From Prasinococcaceae sp. CCMP 1430 (lineage: Eukaryota > Plantae > Prasinodermophyta), in contig RQSC01000018.1 of assembly GCA_013416795.1 (NCBI GenBank), positions 131,274 through 195,273 of the forward strand: DNA of 64,000 nucleotides, in the 5' to 3' direction. The first letter of the stretch is position 1, and each line of letters opens with the position of its first letter. Under the pieces are notes generated by a model. It was not told the DNA's origin, searched no databases, and was given only the letters and a program-made list of their open reading frames with translations. Positions 44,491-54,172 of the stretch are shown one piece after another. Made by a program: the position numbers and the translations under genes.

Positions 44491-45453
44491 TCACATGTCT
44501 CCTCCAGCGGCGAGCTCGATATCGATGCGCACGGCGTTGAGGAGCTTGCGCCGAATGAAAGTTGGACGTGTGGAGCGCGTCTCGTATCCGAATACACGCT
44601 TGTGCTCCCTGCGCAGCGCAGCCTCGCTCATCGCTCCGAGCGCCGCCGCCGCTGCCTCAAGTGAGCCTGCAGGTGTGTCCGCCGAGCGTGATCCGGCCGC
44701 TGCCCCAGCCCCTGCATGATGAGCTGCCGCTACGTCGTTGCAAGGAGTGCTGCCGCCGGTGCGCTTTGCTGCGCCCATCCGTTTCTTTGGGGGCAGGTTG
44801 GCAGCGTTGCGCGAGGGTGCGAGCGGCTTCTTTTTCGGCGGCTGGACGTTCGCAGCGACGGCTGTCGGTGGAATCGAAGATGCCGTCGGTGCAGACTCGA
44901 TCAAAGAGGTCAACGCCGCATGCTCGTCAAGCCGCCGCACACTGTTGTAGTGCTCGTGGGTCCAGCAGTGGTACGCCAGACGCACGGGGGCGACGGGGCT
45001 CTTCGGCGTAGCTCCCTCGGCGTCGTCGCTGCTACTTTCGCCACTCGTCACGACGGTGGGTGAGCTCTCTCCAAGCGTGTGGATCTCAATCGGACGCCCG
45101 TAGGCGTGGGCAGCTGCGGCCAGCTCCAGGTGGCCGCCCCACGTGCCATCTCTACCGACGAGATTGCAGTAGCGCTGGTACGCCGGTCGAGTACCTGGCG
45201 CGAGAAAGTCGCGGAACTCGTGCTCGTGGTCGGCGAGGAACTGGCTGACGGTCGTCCGCACGGCAAAGTGCCCCGAACCGCCGTCGCCGCCAGGAGCCTC
45301 CGACAGCTGATCGGACAGCGCACGAAAAAGGCATTTGCCGTCGCTACCGACCTCGGTCAGGCGCAGGCCGCGAGCCGCGAGCTGCTCATTGAAGTCCGCA
45401 AGCTCCGCCTGCTGGCCTTGGCGCGTTGCACGCCCCGTGCGACGCGAGCGCAT
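44491..45453 (-). CDS. OTU-domain deubiquitinase (OTUD3-like)
   Basis: GLRLTEVGSDGKCLFRALSDQL, DGTWGGHLELAAAA, LAYH..EHYNSVR; catalytic D, C and H are present. Confidence 0.9.
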   Translation of the reverse strand: MRSRRTGRATRQGQQAELADFNEQLAARGLRLTEVGSDGKCLFRALSDQLSEAPGGDGGSGHFAVRTTVSQFLADHEHEFRDFLAPGTRPAYQRYCNLVGRDGTWGGHLELAAAAHAYGRPIEIHTLGESSPTVVTSGESSSDDAEGATPKSPVAPVRLAYHCWTHEHYNSVRRLDEHAALTSLIESAPTASSIPPTAVAANVQPPKKKPLAPSRNAANLPPKKRMGAAKRTGGSTPCNDVAAAHHAGAGAAAGSRSADTPAGSLEAAAAALGAMSEAALRREHKRVFGYETRSTRPTFIRRKLLNAVRIDIELAAGGDM

Positions 45454-46090
45454 GGCCGCGCGACGTCGTCCGTGCACTGCCTGATTTGTGATTTCCCTGC
45501 TCCGTTGGTCGGCTGCGCGCCGCGGACGAGAAAAAAGAACGCAGCGAGCTGTGCGCCGCCAGCTTGGCGCGAAAGAAAACACGCGCAGCCGCAGGGGCGC
45601 CGGGGCGCGCCCTCCGCCCCCGGGGGACCCTCTCCGCCCGCCCCGCCGCGGCCAGGAACGCGCACCCGCCCACCCCCTGTGCCCGGCAGGCTGCTCGCCG
45701 CAGCGCCCCGTGCGCACCGCGTGCCCCGCGCGCACCAACTGCCGCGGCAGCGAGCGCGGCGCCACCGGCGCGCACCAGCGCGCACCAGCGCCCTGCTGGC
45801 AACAGTCTGCCTGCAGCGCGCGCTTGCCGCGTGCCGCATGGCAAACAGGAATATCTGATTCCTTCGTCATTTTGAATGCTCAAGTGCGCGTCGAGGTCGA
45901 GAACTCTCCCGTGATTGCGACGCACGCAATTCGGCCTCTGCCCTCTTCGCGCGTTTTCCCACCACCGAGGCTGAAGCTTCTCAGTTCTCACCGCGCTCGC
46001 TCGCGAAGAGGCAGCGCGCGGTCCGCGCTGCGTGCGCGCGGCGCTGCCACCGCCACACGGCGCGCGCGCGCACGGCGCCTGCGCGCAGCC

Positions 46091-48507
46091 ATGGCCGGAG
46101 CAGACGGCGACGAGGTGCGTCGCTGCCGCGGAGGGGAGTTGGCGAGCGATGGGCGGGCCGAAGGAGCGGCTGTGAGGCCCTCTGCGCATGCGCCCACGCC
46201 CGGCAGTGGCGCGGCGGCAGCGGCGCCTGAGCGGTCGTCTCATTTTTCTGGGAGCATGCGCCATGCAAACACGTGCACGCGCGACGCCAGTGCGGGCGTC
46301 ACCTTGCGGGACCGGTATCGCTAACAGCGCTTACTGCTGCGTTCGCCTCGACATCTCTGCCTCCTTGCCTTCCCTGCGAATAGTGCGATGCATTCGATGC
46401 GCCTTGGAAGGGAGGCGGCCCTTGGCAGTATCTCGTGCCTGCAGGCGCGGCGAGCGGCACCTCCGACACCTCTTGCAGCGGTTGGGCATATGGCCCGCTG
46501 CGCATCCGTGAGGTAGGCGCTGTGACCAATTCGCCCCGTCACGCAGGTGGAACAGAAGTAGTTATCGAATGTGAGGCGACTGCATCAAATCTTCGCCCAG
46601 CGCCTCACCTGCCGTGGAGCGCAGAGGAGGACGTCGTGGACCCACTCAAGCGCGCGAACTCGGCTGCCATCACCGAGGACAGCGCGCCCGTGCTGAATGT
46701 GAACGCACATGGCGCCCTCGGCAAGCTGGCACGATGGCGTATGGTTCCACACTGGGATGATGCGCAGGCCGCGGTGTCTTTTGTGAATACGATGCATCGC
46801 ACCGCATCTTCCGCCGGAGCTGAGAACGTTGAGGAAGTCGCGTCGTATGTCCTCGTGGCCGCATGGGAAAAGGAGTCGCCCGAGATGGCGAGGCTCTTCG
46901 CGGTGAACGAGCGCAACCTGGAGGCTATCGACGAGCACGTCGTTGGATCGTCGGGTGTTCACATTGGCGACGAGCACGCGCACAGCAATGAGAACGGCGC
47001 TAGTGGCGCCACTGGCATCCAGGACGTGCTCGCCCGTTGCGCCCGCAGCTTCGACCCCCTCCGCGAGGGTGCGGCCGCTGGAGAGACAGACGGCGCCTGT
47101 GTAACGCGCTGGTTCGAGCTCGTCGAGACCCCCCCGAAGGGTGCTGCCATCGTGGACGCTCCTCGTCCCAAGATGCAGCGAAAGGCCGCAGCGAAGGCCC
47201 GTGCCAGCAAGGAGGCGGCCAGTCGATTCGAGTATGACGCGAAATGGCACGAGTACGCCATGCCTTTGACCGACGAGCAGGTGCGCCAGTTCGCAGAGGA
47301 AGGCTACCTGCACATTCGAGGCGCTGTCCCCCAGAGACGCGTGCACAGGACGCTACGTCTTATCAATTCGCAGATGACAGTCCAGCTGCGTGGCCAGCAC
47401 GAGTCCGCCGGGACCAACAACTCTGCGGGGACGCTTCGCAAGGCCGAGCTCGAGCTGCGCCCTCTCCTGCTCGAAAGCCCCGTGCTGGCGTACGCCGAGC
47501 AACTGCTTGGCAAAGGTCGCGTAGAATCGCACCTCTCCAAGGCGTTCGACGAACACAATTATGACGGTCAGGTACGCAACAGCGCGGGCGCGGCACATGC
47601 AGCGTGCGGGCGCATCAGGCAGCTGACGGTGCATGTGCGCGCTCAGCTCGCGACAACCTATCCGAGGATCGACTCTGAGCAAGGGGCCAACTTTCCAAAA
47701 GACGTGGACGATGGTGCGTATCGAAAGCGCGTGTATGGCAATCATGCGGACGCGTGCGCGCGCTGACATGGCCGCGCCCCCGCGCGCGCGCCCGCATTGA
47801 TGGGAACACGCACACGCACACGCACACCAGACTCCTATCTCCACTCGATGTGGGAAAACCAGAAGTGGCACATAGGTGAGAGCATGGACGCGTGCGCTTG
47901 CGCGTGTCGCTTGACACTCCCAGGAATTTTCACTGCGTTGGCGCTGAGCTTGTCCGGTGCTGAAGCGTTGCTGACATCGTGGCGCCTCTCTCCAGACGGC
48001 TGGAATAGGCAGAAGCGGGGACTGAGCGTCCCCAACAAGATGCCCTTCTCAGTGCTTTGCGGCATAGCCCTTACCAGCCAAAGCGCTCCGGCCAACGGCG
48101 GTCTCGTGGTGTATCCTGGCTCTCACCATGTTATCGGAGCACATATCGCGCGAATGATTGCCGAGCCCCAGCTGGCGGATCTCGACGGAGATGAGCTGGC
48201 CGCGGCCCTCGATGGCAAGCTTCCTGACTTGAAGTCAGTGGCTCCAGTCAAGGTGCCGATGGAGCCGGGCGATATCGTGTTGGTCCACCCTCGGGTGGCC
48301 CACCGGAGTGCACCTAACGCCGGGTGCAATGTGCGTATGACCGCCTATTTTCGGCTCAAGACGGCGGAGTGTGGTGCGGTGAACGAATGCAACAGGAGCT
48401 TGCTCGCCGACCCTTGGAAGGACTTTCAGGGGGACGGCGTCGCCAGCGCGGGCCGCGCTGCCGCTGCGGCGGTGGAGGCCGCAAGTGATGGATGGGAGGC
48501 AGTCTGA
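46091..48507 (+). CDS. Phytanoyl-CoA dioxygenase (PhyH)-family Fe/2OG protein with an unknown N-terminal region, multi-exon
   Basis: LTDEQVRQFAEEGYLHIRGAVP, FSVLCGIALT..NGGLVVYPGSHH, MEPGDIVLVHPRVAHRSAPN..RMTAYFR. Probable introns near 46314-46546, 47571-47646, 47717-47830 and 47876-47923 (approximate). Confidence 0.75.
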
Positions 48508-48743
48508 AGGAACGCGAGGATACTCTGTACACCTGCTGTGACGAAGAGGGGCGCGGCCAAGCGACGATGCCCGCCCGCGCTCCATACCGCACCCCAATGC
48601 GGGCTAAGCCGCGAGAGACCAGACGAGCACGGCCTCGTCTTCGTACGCTCGAGTCGAGCAGCGACATGTTCGTCATTGCGCGAACTGCTCATTAAAAGAA
48701 TGTACTGTACACAGAGAAGCATTGTCGCCAAGGCCCGCGCTTC

Positions 48744-50237
48744 TCAAAGCCACAGCTGGCCATTGCAGCCTTGGCCGCGCCCTCGCCAATGAGGAGCGCG
48801 TCTCCCTTTGGCGACTTCGGTGAGGCGGCCGGCGCGCGCCCTCCTAGCCCTCGCTGCAGTTGGAGTTCGCGCTCCTCCTGCGTCCTCAATGCGCTCCTCT
48901 GCGTCCAGCATCAGCGCCTGCACCTCGATGGCGTCGAGCCGCAGCATTTCCAGCGTGGCCTCGGAGCCCGCGCTGGTCGCGCTCGCATGCCAGCTGTCCG
49001 TGTACGAGTCGAAGTCGAGCTCCTTGGACCAGGTGACCAGGCTCTCAAGCTCATCGTCGTCCGAGGGCATTTCCGGCTCAGCCAAAGTTTCGTGTGTCGC
49101 CTTGGCCGCATCTGAGTCCCGGCCCAAGTCGTCGCCGCTTGCCAACGCGCTTCTCATGCCCTGGCGGTACAATGACATCATCCACTCGCGCCGGCGCCGC
49201 CTCTGGCGTGCCTCCTTGTCCGCGAGACGTTCCGCGCGCAGCACCGGCCAGTACGCTTGGCGCCGCTGGCGTGCGCCGAGCTCACCCGAGGCGGCCTGGC
49301 CAGCCAGACGCTCGGACAACGGGCGCCAGCCGTTATTCTCCACGCGGCGGTACCATTCGGACATCTCGAGCTCCCACGCAGGCGGCACACGGGTGTTGCG
49401 CGCTTGCCGTGGCTCGGGCGAATCCATGTGGTAGCGCGCCGGTGCGCGCTGGCAATCCGTCCCGTCTCTCGTCAGCTCCCGCAGCGTGGAGGCGGGCAAC
49501 CGCTCCGGCATCGTGGCCCCCATCCAATCGCGCCCGCTGCTGCCGGTCGTATTCACGCCCCCAACGAGCAGGCCGCTCGCGCCCGCCGTCGCACGGAGTG
49601 CGTCCTTGGTTCCGCGCCACTCGCTGCGCTCTTGGCGCTTGCGCACAGCCTCGCGCACGTAGTCCCTGGGAGCGAAGGTGCCTACGTCCGCCACCGGCCG
49701 GTGCGTGTATATCTTGAAGTAGATCATTGGCGGAAACCTCCCGCCGCCGAGCCGGAAGCGCACGTGCACTCCTGCGGCCGCGTCCATCATCTGTGCCTCC
49801 TGAGGGAAGGTTGCCTTGAGCAGCTGACGCGGATCGCCCCGGCGCTCCACTGCGGCGATCATGGAGCGGTAGTACTTGTACACGCGCCGGCTGGAGTGCG
49901 AGCGCCACGCTTTTTGTATCGTCTTCGCCGCCTCGCTGGGCGTGACGCGTCGCCGCACGCGGTCGGCGTAGTCGCGCCACGCGCGCTGGCAGCGAATGAT
50001 GCAGCGGCGCGTGTAGAGGTACCTCAGGCGGCACTTGCGCCCGCGAAACCACGCCTGGACGCGCGTGGCTGTCCAGTTGTAGAGCAGCGACGTCGCGACG
50101 TCGGGTACCGTCCCATCCGCCATCGCAGACCTCCGCCGCGCGCTGTGCTGGGCGAACTCGGCGTCGGCCGCTGCACGCGCGAACGCCGCTGCGGCCGTAT
50201 CAACCGCGTCCCTGCCGACCATTCCCGCGCTCAGCAT
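48744..50237 (-). CDS. IQ-motif protein, C11orf65/MFI homolog
   Basis: IQ motifs (TRVQAWFRG, AAKTIQKAWR) followed by GDPRQLLK..PQEAQMMDAAAGVHVRFRLGG..FPPMIYFKIYTHRPVAD..APRDY and WYRRVENNGWRPLS. Confidence 0.8.
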   Translation of the reverse strand: MLSAGMVGRDAVDTAAAAFARAAADAEFAQHSARRRSAMADGTVPDVATSLLYNWTATRVQAWFRGRKCRLRYLYTRRCIIRCQRAWRDYADRVRRRVTPSEAAKTIQKAWRSHSSRRVYKYYRSMIAAVERRGDPRQLLKATFPQEAQMMDAAAGVHVRFRLGGGRFPPMIYFKIYTHRPVADVGTFAPRDYVREAVRKRQERSEWRGTKDALRATAGASGLLVGGVNTTGSSGRDWMGATMPERLPASTLRELTRDGTDCQRAPARYHMDSPEPRQARNTRVPPAWELEMSEWYRRVENNGWRPLSERLAGQAASGELGARQRRQAYWPVLRAERLADKEARQRRRRREWMMSLYRQGMRSALASGDDLGRDSDAAKATHETLAEPEMPSDDDELESLVTWSKELDFDSYTDSWHASATSAGSEATLEMLRLDAIEVQALMLDAEERIEDAGGARTPTAARARRARAGRLTEVAKGRRAPHWRGRGQGCNGQLWL

Positions 50238-51171
50238 GACTTTCACGCGGCGGCGATTGGCACGCCGCGCGTGGGCGCGCGCGCGCTCTGCCTCCTTTCC
50301 CCCCCCCCTCACCCCTGCATGCTGCCTGCGCCCGCCGCGACGCAACCAGCGTCGCCGGAAGCGGCGGGTACGTCGTCCGGCGGGCATTGCTTCGTACCGC
50401 CGCGGTGTCCTGCCGCCCGCATTCGTTTCGACCTCCGACCGACAGAGTCGCCCGTGGCTAATTATGTCTGTTTCGGTTTGGAGTGTCGCACACGCACCCA
50501 ATCCAAGTCTGGATACAGCCGCTGCGGATCTCGCTCGGGACTCGGAGACGTTCGCGCGCGGTGTGGAGCTCGGATTGGCGTTTCGGGCGCGCGCGCTTTT
50601 TTGCGCTTTTCGAGGTCTGTTACCTTTTGCTTTTGCCCCCGCCCGCGGGCGTTCACAGCGCTGGCGGGCGCGCGCGCGCGGGGGGCGGCGGCCGAGTGGG
50701 AGGCAGGGCGCGCGGCGGCCAGGCGGGCGCCGGCAGAGCGCGCGAGAGAGGGGGCGCAGGCGCGAGAGGGGGCGCGAGAGCGAGCCTACCTCTCCGTGCG
50801 GCTCGTGCTCTCCTGCGCGCGCGAGAGAGAGAGTGTGGGTGGGTGCGCGCGGGTGCGTGCCAGTGCGCGCGCCCGCACGCTCGGGTGGTGGTGGGGAAGG
50901 GTGTTCGCTGCCCGCCTGCACTGGCGACGGCAGCTCAAGTGCGGCCCACGGACACTGCCGCAAACGCACACGCGTCATCGACGGCGCCCGAGCTCACCTG
51001 ATGGCAGCGCAGGTTCCCTCGCGCTCACCGTCGGTGGCGACGGCACAGGGCCGGTCGAAGGACTCCACGCCGAGGCTGCGGCGCCCTTGCCCGCGCAGCT
51101 GCCACCGCCATCCAGCGGTGGCGCATGGAGGCACCGACGGCGCGCGCTCCGACGGGGCCGGGGGTGATCAG

Positions 51172-52493
51172 ATGGACGGTGTGCTTGCGGGCACCGCGGG
51201 AGAGGTAGCCGACGCCAACAGCGTGAGCTTGGATGATGAGAGGGTCTCTCGCGGCCCCGGGCCCATTCAGCGTGTGAGGGAGCTGCTGATGCGCGAGCGC
51301 GAGTTCTTCCGCGGCGGTGGTGGCGCCATGCCGCTCGACAACGGCAGCGGTGGTAGCTGGTTCGGGGGCGGCGGCAGCGGCGATGCCGGGCGTCGCTTTC
51401 TCGGCGGCGGCGGCGGTGGGCGTGAGGACAATGACAGCGAGGATGAGTGGCGCGCGAGGCTCCCCGGTGAGCGCCGCCTCCTACTCGGGGGATGGGTGCC
51501 GCCTGTCCTCCTCTACTACAACAAGCTGCTCGTGAGCTGGTTTCTTGACCCTGAGGACTACCACACGCTTGCCATCCTCGCAGACTTCGGGTTCCTGACC
51601 TTCCTGGGTGCTATGAGTCTCGTGACGCTCATCTCACGCACTTACGCCGTCGCGCCCTTCATTATTGGTACGTACGAAGTATCACGGGCAGTCGCTGCCC
51701 CTCAACGCCGCGCGCAGTGCGACGAACGCGCGTGCAGCTGCGCACTCTCACGCACAGCGAAAGCACGCGCTAACAGTCTTGCCACGCGTTCACATCGTTT
51801 CACTTGGGACGATCCTCAGAGTGCGGAATGGTGCACATGGCGATGGAGATCTTCTTCGATGGCTTCGTCGGCCGACACGGCGCCGAGGGGCGCAATTTGA
51901 TGACGCCCGACATTTTTATGCACCACTTCGCTGCCATAGTGGGCTTTATGGCGTGCGTCGCGGCGGACAGCCCGCGTCTCTATCTTGGGTGCACAAAACT
52001 GGTGCTCACAGAGGTCACGGTTGCGCTCCCGGTGGCGTTCCACCAAGGGCGCAAGCGTAAGAACGTGCACGGCGCGCGGGCGGCGGTCATCGGCGTCCTG
52101 ATGCCACTCGCCTTTGCGGCGCGGACCGTATGGGTCTTCGACACGGTTGCTCGGGAGTTCTACAGGCGCCCTGAACTACTCCTCAAGAGCCCCGTCCTCA
52201 TGGCGGGCTCGGTGGCCGGCACAACGCTCTGGGTGCTCAATGCGCTATGGACGGCGAAGTGCACCCAGGGGGCGTTTAAGGTCTTCAGCAAGACGGTGGA
52301 TGGTAGGACCAGGACTGCCGCGCCGGCGCGGCAGCCCGTGAGCGACAACAGCTCGCGAGCGCCGGTCGCACCTGCGACGGCAGAGGGGCTGGCGCAGGCG
52401 CCATCCGAGACCAAGGTGCGCGACACGATTGCGCAAGCAGGAAAAATGCTCCTAGGCATGCGCGGGCCCGATCTCGGGCGGGCCGGCCCGTAG
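51172..52493 (+). CDS. TLC (TRAM/LAG1/CLN8)-domain membrane protein, 2 exons
   Basis: Exons 51172-51667 and 51820-52493. Multiple TM segments with DIFMHHFAAIVG and LVLTEVTV motifs. Confidence 0.7.
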
Positions 52494-52696
52494 CAAGACG
52501 TGCATGGCTGAGACTGCAAGGAACCGCACCAAGAGGAAAGAATGGCACCATTTGTGCTCGTGCTAGATGGCGCATGCATGAGCGTCGCGTATAAGCAGAG
52601 CACCATACAATGCAAATTTGGACACGCTTCTCGTAAGCGGGCTCGCGGTGCGCCACGTGGTATTGTTGTTAGACCGCCCGCAAGCAACGCGGCGCG

Positions 52697-53855
52697 TCAC
52701 GTGTGCGCGGCAAACGCGGCATCCGGGTCTTTCGCGTCGATATCTTTGTTCCACGGGAAGTCGTACGGCGCGTCGTCATGAGTGAGGTTGTACCAGAGCA
52801 ACGGTGCCCCCTCAGAGAGCGCCGCCGCGAGCGCATTGTACACGGTCTTGTTTCCCGCTGCTGTAAAGTGCAGGCCGTCGTCGAACAAGGCCGAGAACTC
52901 CTCGCCCTTCTTTGCGAGGAACGCGGCGTGGGTGTCGACGAACACGCACGCGTGCTTCTCTGCGACACGTTTGCAGGCCTCTGCGTACACAGCAGCATGC
53001 TCAGTTGTGCGTTCGTTCATGCCGGTGCATGAGTCTGGGTACTGCTCCTTTTGGTAAATGAGACGTGCGGGTTCATCGACCGGTGGAGGCGAAATGAGAG
53101 CGACTGTTGTTCTCTCCCTGGCGCACCACGGTTGCACAGCCCGCAAGCCAAGTCGCAAGCGTCCGCATCAGCGTCAGCACAATGCACCGACAAGACGCGA
53201 ATGCGTGCGCTGCAGACGCACGAGCGTGTGCAACTCCAACAGCCGCGGGCTGGGTCGCCTTCCCCGCACCTGTTTGCTTTCTGCGCACGCTGTACGAAGG
53301 CCGAGAGCCTCTCCTCGTACTCGGCGACAGGCACATGCTGGCGGCTGGCATCACCTGGCAGGCCCGGCAACACGGCGTCGTTCGCACCGAAGAAGATCGT
53401 CACGAGATCGGCTGCTGTGGAGGGGGGCGCAGCTGTTGGGAACACACTTTCGACGACGCACGCCGCCCAGCGCGTGTTGTAACTGTTGATTCGCGTGCAA
53501 GTGCAACGGTGCGCAGCGGCCGTCCCAGCGCGCGGAGCACGGGCGGAGCGCGCGAGGCGCGGGTGTACGTGTGAGCACACGTGGGTGTGATGGCAGCACA
53601 TCGTAAGGGCAGCGCGTCGCGCAGCGTGAACGTGCATTCTTCGCCCGAGTGCGAGCGCCCAGGCCGATTCCAGCGCAGCTGCGCGGTCGAGCGCTCCCGT
53701 CGCGCGCAGTCGCACCCGCTGTAGCCGCGATTGATGACGTCTGCGCGCCGAACACTCGCGTCGGCGACGCGTGCGCCCCAGCCGCCAGGTGCAAACGAGC
53801 GCTGTGTGAGACTGTCGCCGAAGAGCACTACGCGTAGCCGCCTGACGCCGTCCAT
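52697..53855 (-). CDS. IAH1: SGNH/GDSL esterase, IAH1-like, 3 exons
   Basis: Exons 53855-53716, 53482-53270 and 53117-52697. VLFGDSLTQ, VINRGYSG|YNTRW, TIFFGANDA, QHVP..EY, ISPPPVDE, DDGLHFTAAGN, FPW. Confidence 0.92.
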
Positions 53856-54172
53856 CGCAGGCTCTGGCAGCGCCCGCGCCTGCCGCAGCGACACGCGCGC
53901 ACATGCAGCGCAATGGCGCCGCGAGCGGCGACGCTGGCACGTGACTGTGTAGGACCGCAGCGCGTCCGCGCCCTCACCCCCTCGAAACAAGTCTTGCGCC
54001 GGCGCCATCCACACGCTCGCAACGAAAGCTCGTACCATCAGCTGCTAAATGGGCGGCCTACTGTGCAGCTGCAGTCACACTGGTGGAGTCTGCGATATTG
54101 CTACAGTAGCTAGTCTAGCGTGCGCCAGCAGCTGCGCGGCGCGCTGCTGAGACTGCGGGCGCGACTGGGTAT

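Noticed and set aside
3168-48507. A functional cluster linking 2OG production (IDH-ACO) with two Fe/2OG dioxygenases (AlkB-SRA, PhyH)
   Set aside because: The genes are 16-40 kb apart with many unrelated housekeeping genes between them. Eukaryotic gene order gives no support for an operon-like system.
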